Shown here: positions 1 to 13,900 of the stretch, one piece after another
How the letters are laid out: every line of letters starts with the position of its first letter
Numbering within the stretch: position 1 is the first letter of the stretch
Assembly (NCBI GenBank): GCA_964016885.1
Contig: OZ024742.1
Location: 175,522,001-175,586,000, forward strand
From: Eledone cirrhosa
Taxonomy: Eukaryota
DNA: 64,000 nt
Reading direction: 5' to 3'
Program-made: the position numbers and the translations under genes
The notes under the pieces: model-generated
What the model saw: only the letters and a program-made list of their open reading frames with translations
Told to the model about the DNA's origin: nothing
The model's database searches: none

Positions 1-175
1 TCAACACTGACAAAGGAACGTACTAAGAGTGGGAAATGAAATTTTGTTTTATTTTTTCCGTTTATCGTTTTCGGTGCACCCGGCCGATTAACCCACTCGA
101 TATGCAAATTGGGCTACTCAGCCGTTAATATACATAAGGTAAATATATACGTTCAACAATCTGGTAGGAAACTAT

Positions 176-218
176 ACGTTGCTGACGATAGCTAATAAGC
201 TTGAAACTAGTACAGCGT
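176..218 (+). ncRNA. Minimal type I hammerhead ribozyme
   Basis: ACGTTG-CTGACGA-T-AGCT-AATA-AGCT-T-GAAA-C-TA-GTA-CAGCGT. Stem I ACGTTG/CAGCGT, intact core, palindromic stem III ACTAGT, GUA cleavage triplet. Confidence 0.85.
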
Positions 219-593
219 TCCTTTGTCAGTGTTGAACAAACGAGAAACGATGGTTGCTGGACACTACGGCTTAATACGGGATGTTTGTTTACAAACACAC
301 CGAGCATTATCATAAATGTTCGGTGAATCCATAAGTACATATATATATGTGTGCATGTATGTATATATATATATACATACTACTGTACGTCTGTATACAT
401 ATATGTATGTACGTGTACATACTTATATTTAAGTAACAGCCGTACTAAGAGTGGGAAATGAAAGTTCGTTTCATTTTTTCCGTTTATTGTTTTCGGTGCA
501 CCCGGCCGACTAACCCACTCGATATGCAAATTGGGCTACTCAGCCGTTAATATGCATAAGGTATATACGTTCAACAGTCTGGCAGGAAGGTAT

Positions 594-636
594 ACGTTGC
601 TGACGATATCTAATAAGCTTGAAACTAGTACAGCGT
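594..636 (+). ncRNA. Minimal type I hammerhead ribozyme (second tandem copy)
   Basis: Same as 176-218 with one stem II mismatch (ATCT/AGCT). Confidence 0.8.
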
Positions 637-859
637 TCCTTTGTCAGTGTTGAACAAACGAGCAACGATGGTTGCTGGACACTACGGCTTAATACGGGAT
701 GTTTGTTTACAAACACACCGAGCATTATAATAAATGTTCGGTGAATCCATACGTACATATATATATGTGTGCATGTATGTATATATATATATATATACAT
801 ACTACTGTACGTGTCTGTACGTGTGTATACATATATGTATGTTCGTGTACATACTTATA

Positions 860-876
860 TTTATATATATATATAC

Positions 877-929
<53 letters not shown>

Positions 930-1032
930 CATATACACATATATATATATACACATATATATATACATATACACATACATATACACATATATATACACAT
1001 ATATATACACATATATACACATTTATATATAT
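860..1032. repeat. (TA)n/(TACA)n microsatellite
   Basis: Direct reading; source of the YI-repeat ORFs. Confidence 0.95.
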
Positions 1033-1034
1033 TG

Positions 1035-1365
1035 CCCGCGTGATGTGTTGTTTCCTTGAGCAAGACACTTTATTTCACATTGCTCCAGTTTACTCAGCTG
1101 TAGAAATGAGATGATAGGGCCTGGGCTCCTTATCATTCCAATGTAAAGTGGTCGTGGAGGTGCCACGGCAAAAAATAAACCCTGCCCACACTGCAAAGTG
1201 GACGTGTAGGCACCACGTAAAAAAAAGCACCCAGCACTCAATGTAAATGAGGTTGGTGTTAGGAAGGGCATCCAGCTGTAGGAATCAAGCCAGAATCAGT
1301 TCCCGTCCCACCCTTGCAAGCAGGGAAAAGTGGACGTAAAATGAAATGATGATGATGATGATGAT
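1035..1365 (+). mobile_element. SINE fragment: CORE-like segment plus RTE-LINE-related 3' tail ending in (GAT)n
   Basis: tccttgagcaagacactttatttcacattgctccagt matches 50391-50430. ggttggtgttaggaagggcatcc and the (GAT)n end match the LINE 3' end at 22725-22880. Confidence 0.65.
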
Positions 1366-1371
1366 ATATAT

Positions 1372-1403
<32 letters not shown>

Positions 1404-1479
1404 ATACACATATATATATATACATATATATATATACACACAAATATATACACATATATAAATATACATATATATATAC

Positions 1480-1510
<31 letters not shown>

Positions 1511-1539
1511 CACATATATACATATACATATATATATAT

Positions 1540-3785
1540 TTAAAAGTTAAACAAGGTTCAATGAATACATCAAAGAATGAGTTTTACAATAGATTGGAAG
1601 CACTCAACAGAGAGGTTTCCAGAGTTATTAATATTAATTCAAAATATTAACAAATTAGATATTCTTGTGATCAAGTATATTTTATACATATTTCAGAGGA
1701 ACTGAATTAAGTTCAACAGTACGTTCTCATCAGAAAAATAAGATGATGCATGACATACCCTGACATAGTAGATGGTTAAGATTCAGTCATGGTAGTGATT
1801 AACATATGACAAAACCCAATATTTATACCCTAATATTGAGAACATGTGAAAAATATATAATACAAACAATAGAGAGGCTGCGTGTAATACAGCTTAAAAA
1901 ATACATGGCATCAATACAACAGTTAATAAAAAAATGTTTAATCTACTGAAGAAAGAGGAAAGAAAGGAAAGCATAGAGGAAGAAAACAAATGAGAGATGA
2001 TTAAAGAGAGAGAGAGAGAGAGACAAAGGAGAGTAATTTATGTTCAAGTTTATAGACAAATTTCCATGTATGCAATATACATCCAAACTTACTTAGATGA
2101 CCGTTAATATTCAAAATATTTAATTTAAGTTATTTCAGAGTAATGAGTAATATTTTAGGTTTTAAAAGTTAATAGTTTTAAAAGTTAATATTATATTGTA
2201 CTATCAAGTTTAATTTCTAAAATTCAAATTTTATGAAAACAAAAGGATTTACGAAACACGAGAGAGAAAATATATAATGCTTTAATATCCTCCCGAAGGT
2301 AATCTTTACCAAAATTATTTGACAACAGTTTATATAATATAATTTATAAAATAATTATAGTTACAATTATTAAAGAATTTATTATTAAACAGTTTGAGTG
2401 CCTAAAGGATCAACCGGCCTTATAACTAAACTTAAAGAAGTCTGAATTTTTAATTATATATATATGTTAATCAAAAATGCATAAGATTATAATGTCTATA
2501 GACCTAAGGTGCTACCTTTCAAATATATATAATATAACAAACTACAATAATACAATATAGTAAATAAGTTACTGAAAATATTGTTAAAAAATATATATAG
2601 TTAAAATATATTGTTAAAAAATTAATGTTTTATATCAATTATTTTCATTTAGTTGATATATACTATAAATATATAATTCAAAACTACATGAGTCCTAATG
2701 ATAGGGGCTAGATACAAAATAAATATAAAGATAAAAAATAAAAATAATGGATTGTTTGCGAAACTTAAAAATGCCCAATATTAAAAATATATTATAAAAT
2801 GTAATATGGTTTTAATATAAAGTAGACAAAAAATACGTCTAAAATATTTTAGCGAATGTGATAGAAAGAGGAGCTAAATATTTGAAAAAGCTGAAGGTAA
2901 TCTAAATTTAAATTTAATTAAAATAAATTAAATTACATTAAATTATATTAAATTAAGTAAAAATCACTATATAAATTCTAACTTCCAGGGAATATCAAAC
3001 GCTTATAACAATATAGAGTCATTTGAGTATCTAAATGATTTATAAATGTAACTACGAGTATGTTATTACACTAGATAAACCTATTTGTACAACTATATAG
3101 AGATATTATTATAGGTATTAATGAAACGGTATACATTTAATAAATAAATAATTATAAGTAATGCTATAATTGTAGTTTTACCTCTAGTTCAGTGGAGAAA
3201 AAGATCAATATTTGTCGACTGTTATGGTCTGTTATATTTATACCTAGATATATATAAAAATAAATAAATGCAAATCTAACTTTATGAGTCCCCAAAACAT
3301 ACTCAAAATGAATAAAATATGCAAACGCGTGAATGATCTACAGTTCAATTATAATCGGTAAATTTACAAGTTGAATATCCAAATTATATATTTAAAACAG
3401 AGACAGATACATAAAGATCCGAATCAAAATTATAAATATCTAAAATAATCCTAAGGTGTGCATATTTATCAAGTAAACAAGTTACCAAATAATATGCTTA
3501 TATATCTAAAGAGGATCCTCATAACGGTTTATAAAACTTTAAGAATGCTTTATCTTCTATCATTTATGATAGAATTAATGTTAGAATGAAGGATATAGTA
3601 ATAATAATAATAAGTGTTAAGACTAAAATCGAAAGAGAGCTTGATAAGAATAAATATATATCAAATATATAAGAACCGTAGAGCAAATATTTATTAAATT
3701 AACAGATTAAAGTTTAAGCAAAGAATTGCTGCTTTCACCTGTTAAGCAGCAATTATTTGCTTAAACTTTAATTTGTTATTTTAAT
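1540..3785 (-). mobile_element. AT-rich non-coding PLE-like element between (TA)n tracts, with degenerate HHR near its 3' end
   Basis: Minus-strand HHR core at 1679-1740. Downstream ACTC...GAGTGCTT hairpin resembles the tails at 24965 and 46645. Flanked by TA tracts; boundaries inferred. Confidence 0.5.
1679..1740 (-). ncRNA. Degenerate type I hammerhead ribozyme
   Basis: Reverse complement reads TATTTTT-CTGATGA-GAAC...GTTCCTCT-GAAA-TATGT-ATA-AAAT. Same GAAATATGTATA as the 46534 HHR; stems I and II imperfect. Confidence 0.6.
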
Positions 3786-3793
3786 ATAATATA

Positions 3794-4092
<299 letters not shown>

Positions 4093-5984
4093 TCAATAAG
4101 CAGAAAGAAGAATGGAAAATAGGAAAGGAGCAGTAGGCACATGAGGAGGAGGAGGAGGAGGAAGAGGGGTGGAAAAGCTAATGTAAAATTGATATAAAAA
4201 GAAAGACAAAGAAATAACAGTGAATTGGGTTGCAATGAATGGAAGAATGAAGTAGCCATTTTAACTAAATATATCCAATGAAATATATTTAGACTGTAAA
4301 ATACTTTCAATAATTTATAATTCTGTTAGTTGTGTGGTTGAACCTGTGGCAGTGGAGACTACCAGTGTTCTTGGCTCTTGGACCACGTCTTTACTCACTA
4401 CTATCACGGCAGATGTGGCTATTCATAAGTACAAACTTCACAAGGTAGAATGGCTGTTCTAGCATATCTCCCTCATTATCCTCTGAAGCAATGTCTTCTC
4501 CATCTTGTCTACCAGGACCACGATTTATGTTAATAGATTACTTGATGCAATATTACTCTCACAAGCTAACTGTTTAATGTTTGTTTAGTTTGAGATTTCA
4601 AAGTGTGTAACCATTTTGATATCAACCTGCTTCTAGTTCTACAACACAAAATTCCTCATTTTGAAATGATCTGATTACAAATACATTCTTAACAATAGAT
4701 AAGAATTGTTGGTAAATCCTTCCAAATAAATTGTTGGTAAATCCTTCAAATAAAATATTATGCAATAAAAGGGCTAATATTTTCATTACCATATTTCTAC
4801 TGAAAGACAATGTCTATGATTTCCTATTAATTTAAACTAAATCAAGAATTTGGAAAAACTTAGTAATATAAATAAATTTCTTATTTTGTCCACAGAATAC
4901 AACTGAATAAAGATTCTTAAATAAAATTATGATGGAAGGTTTTTAGATAAATACAAACAAATTTGAAACAAACAGTTTTGTGTAGTAGTACAAAAGGTGG
5001 TTTCAGAGAGTTTAGTAGCAAAAGTGCGAAATAAATACTGTGTGTGTATTTATAGGATATATCATTATTGTTCTATCTTCATTTTCCATGCTGGCATGAG
5101 TTTGATGCGTTACCACATTTAAAGATTACACTGGTCAGAGAATGAAGCCATTCTCATACATTCTATACTTTGGTATTAGTTTTTACAGCTGGATGCCTTT
5201 CATAAAGCCAACCAATTTAGAGGAATTACTTGGTGTGTTTTATTATGTCACCTGCACTACCAATTTACAGTGTGTATTATATTGAAATATTTTAATATAT
5301 CTGGTTTACATTCCATTTGTGGCATGTTTTTTATGACTGGATGTCTTTTCTTAGACCCACCCCCTTTACACATTGTACTGAATGTATTATATCATGACAC
5401 CAATACTAGAGAGGATATGCCTGTGCATTACTACTTTCTGGTTAAGGTGTTAAGAAATATGCTTTGTAATTATGTGGACCTGAGTTCAATCTCAGTGTGA
5501 GGAATCTATAGCCTTGAATACTTGGATAGAGAGAACATATGTGGAAGAGCACTGGATGGATTATACATTTAATTCAAAGTCCCAGTCTTGTTATATATGG
5601 TGTCACAATAATTCACTTTGAGAATTACTCTAAAACTACGCATATCTCTGGAATACTCAACCACTTACATGTTAATTGGGTATGTACACTTCATCAAATG
5701 ACTGAATTCTCATCATTACAAGTGACAGAGTATCCATCATTATCAATATATTCATAAAATACATATTTAGGGTTTAGAAAGTTACTTCAGTTGGGTCAAA
5801 AACATGACAACCTTCCTAATGCTGGGACCATGATAAAATGAACCCAGTACACCCTCTAAAATCGTTGACATTAGGAAGGGAGCATCCAGCTGTAGAAACA
5901 ATGTGAAAAGTGGAATGTATCTGAGACATGGTCCTTGGTCTGTTTAAAGAGGACAATAGCTCCAGTACTGGAATAGTTTTGTTG

Positions 5985-6540
5985 GTCTGTCAATATATAT
6001 CTATGTTTTGCAATGCACATGAATGTTTGTCAATATATAAGATCTTTATTCTGAAATGATTGCATTGATTTGTAATTATACAATAACTATGTACTGGTTG
6101 TGTTATTTTGTCAATATATAATAACTATGTAATAGAATTGCTGTGGTGATTTGTCAATACATGATAACTATGTACTGATATGGTGGTGTAAGATTATCAA
6201 CGTATACTGCTTCTATATGATTGACAATGTATACTACTTACATGTACACATAATAATTTTGTATGGAATTGTCATTATTAATGTTGTGTGGTGTTATCTA
6301 TGTACACATATGTTTTGTGCAGTAATCACTGTATAATAGTGTACACCTATGATAATGTTGTGTGCATTTGCCCATGTGTAATAATTCTGTGTACACATAT
6401 GTTATGTGCAGTTGTAAATGTATAATACTGTTGTATACACATGTTAATATTATGTGCAGTGATCACTGTATATTTTATATACACAAGATAAGTAGTGTGC
6501 ATTTGTCAATGTACAATACTTCTGGGTACACATAATAATG
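5985..6540. repeat. Old degenerate ~35-40 bp minisatellite
   Basis: Recurring ttgtcaatata...taactatgtac and tgtacacat...tgtgca motifs. Confidence 0.5.
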
Positions 6541-7213
6541 TTAATTCTGAAATGATCATAGGGAGATAGTTTATCATAAATGACAGTACAATCTAGAACA
6601 GCATGGATCGGACAGTATTTGTGAGAACATTTTAAGATGAGATGTAATATTCAACAAGGATAATAGCATCTTAACAACATTTAGACCAATTAAGATAACA
6701 TAGCAAGAATTAGTGGAGGAATTTGGTTTGATCAAACCTGATTAAAATGATCTTACCTTGTAATTTGTGAAGAGAATGACAAATTCTGAAAAAAATAAAT
6801 CAGATGATTTATGAATGAAGAGAAAGGTTATGGAAAAAATAGTTTTCTAGATGAAATATATAAGATATGTAAAGAATATTATAAATATTCAAATTGGAGG
6901 TTTTGATGCTAGCATAGAAAGCAGACGGAAAATGATGATGATGATGTGTTAATATGGAATGCGTGTCAGTATTGTGGTATAAGTATTACACTCTGTATGT
7001 TCTTCATCATCATTATCATCATCACAATTAACTGTCCATTTTCCATGCTTATATGGGGTAGATGAGTTGTCGGGTAATGACAGAGATAGGAAATGTATTG
7101 AGTGAATGTTACTGTTTGACAATTTTATATATATATATATATAGAGAGAGAAGGCGAGATAAATACACGCGCAGTGTATTATTATGGTTGATTATTATAT
7201 GTTTGGGGGTGTA

Positions 7214-7402
7214 GGGCAGTGAATTGGCAGTATCGGTGGAGGGTTGGACATGCTTTCCAGCATAGTTACATCCCTTTACGATCTGAGTTCAAATCCTGCC
7301 GAGGTTGACTTTGCCTTTCATCCTTACGGGGTTGATAAAATAAAGTACCAGTAATGCACTGGGTAATTGCTGGCCTTGTGCCTAAAGTAGAAACAATTAT
7401 TA
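7214..7402 (+). mobile_element. tRNA-derived SINE, family A
   Basis: A-box-like TGGCAGTATCGG, B box GAGTTCAAATCC, body ttgcctttcatccttacggggttgataaaataaagtaccag, (ATT) tail; near-identical copies elsewhere in the window. Confidence 0.85.
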
Positions 7403-7478
7403 TATGTTTGTGTAGGTGTAAAAGTGAGACAAACATAAGGAATAGAGAGAGGGCTCTTATATACATAGGTTGCAGATA

Positions 7479-7526
<48 letters not shown>

Positions 7527-8027
7527 CGTGTGTGTGCGTGTGTGTGTATATCTAAACGCACATGCTATATTATTATGGTTGATAACTGCTTGTGTAGATA
7601 TATGAATTATGTTTAAAACAAAGAAATACAATTTAACAGAAAAGTAAAAATGAATATGAAAGTCTTGTTAATAAATCCAATTCAAAAGAACAAAAGGAAA
7701 ACAAAAACAGGATGTTTAAAAGATTGTTTCCTCCCATTGAGATAGATATATGAACTAACAAGAGAATGTTTACATATTAAAACTGTCATTTTCTATCCTC
7801 CAAATTCATGTAGTTTTTATTTTTTTTTATAAAAAAAAAATACTTTGATTTATCTCAGTACATTAATATTAAAATATAGTTGTACAGGCACATATTACAT
7901 ACAGATATATCTTATGTGTAGTATTATGTAGAGTTGTACAAATATATATTATATACAAATATACATCAAGTATTATGTTATCTATTGTATTATATATAGT
8001 TATACACATATATATTACACATATATA

Positions 8028-8865
8028 TAGGGTGTCTATAAAGTCTCTTTACAATTTAAAAAATTATTACAAAAGCAAATGAAAAGACAAATATGTGAAA
8101 ATTGTTACAAAATGAGGAGTAGATATCGAAATTTGTTTCAACTCATTTAATACACCATTAGTTCCATGGAGCACATGAAGACAGTACTTAATTTCTTGCC
8201 ATGTTTGCCTCATCAATGGGAGCAAAGGCTTCAGTGATCTTTTGCTTTAGATCAGTGATGTCCCATATCTTTGTTTGATACACAATAACTTTAACATAAA
8301 GAAGTCCAAGGGAGTGATATCTGGTGAACTAGGTGGTCAGGGAATTGGGCCATCCCTTCCAATCCACCAGTCTGGAAATGTTTGATTTAGGAACCCACGA
8401 ACATACAGTCCTCAATGTTGGGGTGCAGCATCTTGTTAGAAAATGATTGGTGGTTGAAAGTCATGTAGTTGTGGTGCCACATATTTGGTCAAAAGGTCAA
8501 GGTAAACATTTGCAGTAGTTGATGTCTCGTTGAAAAAAGGTGGACCAATAATTCGGTTAAACATAATCCCACACCACACATTGGATCCCTTCCATACGTA
8601 GTTCTGTAGTATTATTGAGACTAAGTATCTGATTTTGTTTCAATAAACCATGACACACATTGTGCCTTTTCTTGAGGAGTAGCCATTTCTAACGGTTCAT
8701 TTAACAGTACCTCTTTCACCAACAGAATACCAGAAATGCACACATGCAGTTTGATTACAAACTTTGATAATGCCTGAGAACATAGAACAAATCTTATTAA
8801 GATATCTCATCAGTTGCCTTTGTAATATATTTTTCAAATTGTAAAGAAACTTTATGGACACTCTG
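8028..8865 (-). mobile_element. Internally deleted Tc1/mariner-superfamily DNA transposon
   Basis: ~55-bp imperfect TIRs (agggtgtctataaagtctctttacaattt / aaattgtaaagaaactttatggacactctg) with TA on both sides. Minus strand gives QDAAPQH and FPDWWIGRDGPIP*PPSSPDITPLDF, matching transposase QDGAPxH and WPPxSPDLxPxD. Confidence 0.9.
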
Positions 8866-9529
8866 TATATTGTATGCAGATTGTGTTATATACAGATATT
8901 CATATTATTTTTTTTTTTTTAGGATCGATCGACTTTCGTCAAATCGGACCGAGGAAACAATGTTTCCATCAGTCTTTCCAGTTGCTAGTACTCTCTATTG
9001 GTCGCAACTCCAGAATGAAGGAGCAATGTGAAATAAAGTGTCTTGCTCAAGGACATAATGCATCGCCCCGCCACGAATCGAACTCACAACCTCAAGATTG
9101 TGAATCCAATTCTCTAGCACTCATATATATATTATATTGTAAAATATACAGTAGTACACATATATATTATGTATTGTATTATATATAATGTATATATGTT
9201 TGGTATTAAGAAGGGCATCCAACCATGAAAAACTTTCCAAACAAATAGTTGAGAAGAGTCTTCTGTTGTTGCCATAGATATGACAACCTCCTTAGTGTTG
9301 GTCTCCCTTACCTTCCTCTATTCTTTCCACCGGGGCTGTGCGGCAGCCAGCACGTGGGACCCCATTTGCTCATAATACAGAGAGATGATGAGGGCAAGAG
9401 AGATGGAGGCAATGACAGTGGGTGTTCGGCTCTTCTGTGTTCGGACCTGGTGTGCAGCATCAGTTGTCCATAGGGAGGTAGTGATTCATACATATATATA
9501 TATATATATATGCCCCCACATCCCCCACC

Positions 9530-9802
9530 ACAAGGTGGTCGTGGAGGTCCCACAGCAAAAAAAGCACCCAGCCCACACTGTAAAGTGGACATGTAGGCAC
9601 CACGAAAAAGCACCCAGCACTCACTGTAAATGAGGTTGGTGTTAGGAAGGGCATCTAGCTGTAGAAATCAAGCCAAATCAGTTCCTGTATGAGCAAGGCA
9701 TGGTCAGCCGTCCAGACACTGCCCACAACAGGACAACCTGTCTAACCCATGCTAGCGTGGAAGAACGGGTGTAAAACGGTGATGATGATGATGATGATGA
9801 TG

Positions 9803-9805
<3 letters not shown>
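9530..9805 (+). mobile_element. RTE-LINE/SINE 3' tail fragment ending in (GAT)n
   Basis: Similar to 1145-1365 and 22600-22880. Confidence 0.7.
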
Positions 9806-9835
<30 letters not shown>

Positions 9836-10180
9836 CCAAAACTATCCTTATTTTTCTCTGATAAACAACAACCCAGTACACTTTTTGAAGTGTTTGCTAA
9901 TAAGAAGGTCATCCAGCTATAGAAAACCTGTCAAACAAAGGGTTGGGGAGACTCTTCCCTAGCATTAGTGCTATGATAAAATGCACACGGTAGAGCATGG
10001 CATTGTATTTCAAGCCTCCAGCCTACATGAAACTCGCTTGAGTACTGACTTGTCCATGAAGAAATGCCCAACCCTTGTTAGCAGGCAAAATGGGTGTCAA
10101 TCTGTGAAGAGGGGGTGGAGGAGAATGAGAAGAAGGGCCGCAGCTGCCGTATTATATACAGTTGCATATATATATTATAT

Positions 10181-10359
10181 AACGAAGGAAATGTGGTAAG
10201 GAACCAGGTGGACCATAACGCACCAAAGTACTCAATACTTGAGGTAGTAGAGTGGGTAATAGGAACCAGTAAGACCCCGACAGCTGAGCTCAAGCCGTTT
10301 CGACGGCTAATTCGTCGAAACGTCTTGAGCTCAGCTGTCGGGGTCTTACTGGTTCCTAT
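10181..10359. mobile_element. Miniature inverted PLE-like insertion (47-bp palindrome plus one-sided tail) in TA-rich site
   Basis: Arms 10259-10305 and 10313-10359, one mismatch, 7-nt loop. Each arm begins CGTCGAAACG, like the 3' half of an HHR. CpG-rich relative to flanks. Confidence 0.6.
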
Positions 10360-10940
10360 ATATTATATATAGATTTATATATATATATTGGAAACTATAC
10401 AGATGTAAACATATATGCTATCTATTATTGTACACATATATATCATGCATTGTAATATATAAACTGATATGTATATATATATCAATGTTGAATAATAGAC
10501 AGTTTTACAGATATATCAGGATTTCTAATTTAGCTACAAGGTCAGAAAATTTTGGGGAAGGGCCTAGTTGATTAAATCAACCCCAGTACTTGACTGGTAC
10601 TTCATTTTATCAACCCAGGAAAGATGAAATTCAAAGTTGAGCTTCCCATGATTAGAACTCAGAACATTGCAGCTTACCTTACTGAAGTATCAAGCAACAC
10701 GCATGAGGAGACTTGATTATTCCAGCTCTTAGCCTCACTATCATCTCCAGTAATATTACAAGTGCCTGGGTTTGCTTCAATAATATTTTAGAAGGTAACA
10801 TCAACATTTCCTGCTGTAGTGTATAATTTCAGGACCCACCATCAATTGAGATAATGCTGTGTTTTAGGTGTCATGTGTGAGAGACCCACTATCAACTGAG
10901 CAATTTTAGAGGGAAACACTAGAATACTTCTTGTAGCATG

Positions 10941-13900
10941 TAGGTGAGAGTGCTACACCAACACTCCTTGCTGTGGTGTGTAAATGAGCCCGCTACACCA
11001 ACACTCCTTGTTGCAAGTGTAAATGAGTTAGCTATGCCAATATTCCTTGCTGCTGTGTGTAAGTGAGAGAGCTACACCAACATTCCTTAGTGTGGTGTGT
11101 AAAGGAGAGTGCTACACCAACATTCCTTATTGTGGTGTGTAAGTGAGAGCGCTACGTGAACATTCCTTATTGTGGTGTGTAAAGGAGAGTGCTGAACCAA
11201 CATTCCTTATTATGGTGTGTAAAGAAGAGAGCTACACCAACATTCCTTATTGTGGTGTGTAAGTCAGAGTGCTTCACCAACATTCATTATTGTGGTGTGT
11301 AAAGGAGAGCGCTACACCAACATTCCTTATTGTGGTGTGTAAGTGAGAGAGCTACACCAACATTCCTTATTGTGGTGTGTAAAGAAGAGAGCTACACCAA
11401 CATTCATTATTGTGGTGTGTAAGTGAGAGTGCTACACCAACATTCCTTATTGTGGTGTGTAAAGAAGAGAGCTACACCAACATTCCTTATTGTGGTGTGT
11501 AAGTGAGAGAGCTACACCAACATTCCTTATTGTGGTGTGTAAAGGAGAGTGCTACACCAACATTCCTTATTGTGGTGTGTAAAGCAGAGAGCTATACCAA
11601 CATTCCTTATTGTGGTGTGCAAGTGAGAGAGCTACACCAACATTCCTTATTGTGGTGTATAAAGGAGAGTGCTACACCAACATTCCTTATTGTGGTGTGT
11701 AAAGGAGAGCGCTGCACCAACATTCCTTATTGTGGTGTGTAAGTGAGAGAGATACACCATGATTCCTTATTGTGGTGTATAAAGGAGAGTGCTACACCAA
11801 CGTTCCTTATTGTGGTGTGTAAAGGAGAGTGCTACACCAACATTCCTTATTGTGGTGTGTAAAGGAGAGCGCTACATCAACATTCCTTATTGTGGTGTTT
11901 AAAGGCGAGCGCTACACTAACATTCCTTATTATGGTGTGTAAAGGAGAGTGTTACACCAACATTCCTTATTGTGGTGTGTAAGTGAGAGCTCTACACGAA
12001 CATTCCTTATTGTGGTGTGTAAAGGAGAGTGCTAAACCAACATTCCTTATTATGGTGTGTAAAGGAGAGAGCTACACCAAAATTTCTTATTGTGGTGTGT
12101 AAAGGAGAGTGCTAAACCAACATTCCTTATTATGGTGTGTAAAGAAGAGAGCTACACCAACATTCCTTATTGTGGTGTGTAAGTCAGAGAGCTTCACCAA
12201 CATTCATTATTGTGGTGTGTAAGTGAGAGTGCTACACCAACATTCCTTATTGTGGTGTGTAAGTGAGAGAGCTACACCAACATTCCTTATTGTGGTGTAT
12301 AAAGGAGAGTGCTACACCAACATTCCTTATTGTGGTGTTTAAAGCAGAGAGCTACACCAACATTCCTTCTTGTGGTGTGGAAAGGAGAGTGCTACACCAA
12401 CATTCTATATTGTGGTGTGTAAAGGAGAGCGCTACACTAACATTCCGTATTGTGGTGTGTAAGTGAGAGCGCTACACGAACATTCCTTATTGTGGTGTGT
12501 AAAGGAGAGTGCTACACCAACATTCCTTATTATGGTGTGTAAAGGAGAGTGCTACACCAACATTCCTTATTATGGTGTGTAAAGGGGAGAGCTACACCAA
12601 CATTCCTTATTGTAATGTGTAAAGTGGAGAGCTACACAAACATTCCTTATTGGGGTGTGTAAAGAGGAGAGCTAAACCAACATTCCTTATTGTTGTGTGT
12701 AAGTGAGAGTGCTACACCAACATTCCTTATTGTGGTGTGTAAGTGAGAGTGCTACACCAACATTCCTTATTGTGGTGTGTAAGTGAGAGAGCTACACTAA
12801 GATTCCTTATTGTGGTGTATAAAGGAGAGTGCTACACCAACATTCCTTATTGTGGTGTGTAAAGGAGAGCGCTACACCAACATTCCTTATTGTGGTGTGT
12901 AAGTGAGCGAGCTTCACCAACATTCCTTATTGTGGTGTGTAAGTGAGAGAGCTACACCAACATTCCTTATTGTGGTGTGTAAAGCAGAGAGCTACACCAA
13001 CATTCCTTATTGTGGTGTGTAAGTGAGAGAGCTACACCAACATTCCTTATAGTGGTGTGTAAAGCAGAGAGCTACACCAACATTCCTCATTGTGGTGTGT
13101 AAGTGAGAGTGCTACACCAACATTCCTTATTGTGGTGTGTAAAGGAGAGTGCTGAACCAACATTCCTTATTATGGTGTGTAAAGAAGAGAGCTACACCAA
13201 CATTCCTTATTGTGGTGTGTAAGTCAGAGTGCTTCACCAACATTCATTATTGTGGTGTGTAAAGGAGAGCGCTACACCAACATTCCTTATTGTGGTGTGT
13301 AAGTGAGAGAGCTACACCAACATTCCTTATTGTGGTGTGTAAAGGAGAGTGCTACACCAACATTCCTTATTGTGGTGTGTAAGTGAGAAAGCTACACCAA
13401 CATTCCTTATTGTGGTGTGTAAAGAGGAGAGCTACACCAACATTCCTTATTGTGGTGTGTAAAGAGGAGAGCTACACCAACATTCCTTATTGTGGTGTGT
13501 AAGTGAGAGAGCTTCACCAACATTCCTTATTGTGGCGTGTAAGTGAGAGTGCTACACCAACATTCCTTATTGTGGTGTGTAAGTGAGAGAGCTACACCAA
13601 CATTCCTTATTGTGGTGTGTAAGTGAGAAAGCTACACCAACATTCCTTATTGTGGTGTGTAAAGAGGAGAGCTACACCAACATTCCTTATTGTGGTGTGT
13701 AAAGGAGAGTGTTACACCAACATTCCTTATTGTGGTGTGTAAAGCAGAGAGCTATACCAACATTCCTTATTGTGGTGTGCAAGTGAGAGAGCTACACCAA
13801 GATTCCTTATTGTGGTGTATAAAGGAGAGTGCTACACCAACATTCCTTATTGTGGTGTGTAAAGGAGAGCGCTACACCAACATTCCTTATTGTGGTGTGT

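Larger units (their letters stand above)
20..862 (+). mobile_element. Two tandem ~420-bp HHR-containing units (PLE pseudo-LTR / retrozyme-like), preceded by an inverted fragment cut by the window edge
   Basis: Units start cgtactaagagtgggaaatgaa at 20 and 441 and are highly similar. Bases 1-20 are the reverse complement of 216-235. Ends in a (TA/CA)n tract. Confidence 0.8.

Noticed and set aside
699-1543. Many YI/IY/CV-rich ORFs here and at 16.9, 25.7, 50.0 and 55.6 kb; SL-rich ORFs at 3.8-4.3 kb
   Set aside because: Translations of (TA)n, (CA)n and (GA)n microsatellites.
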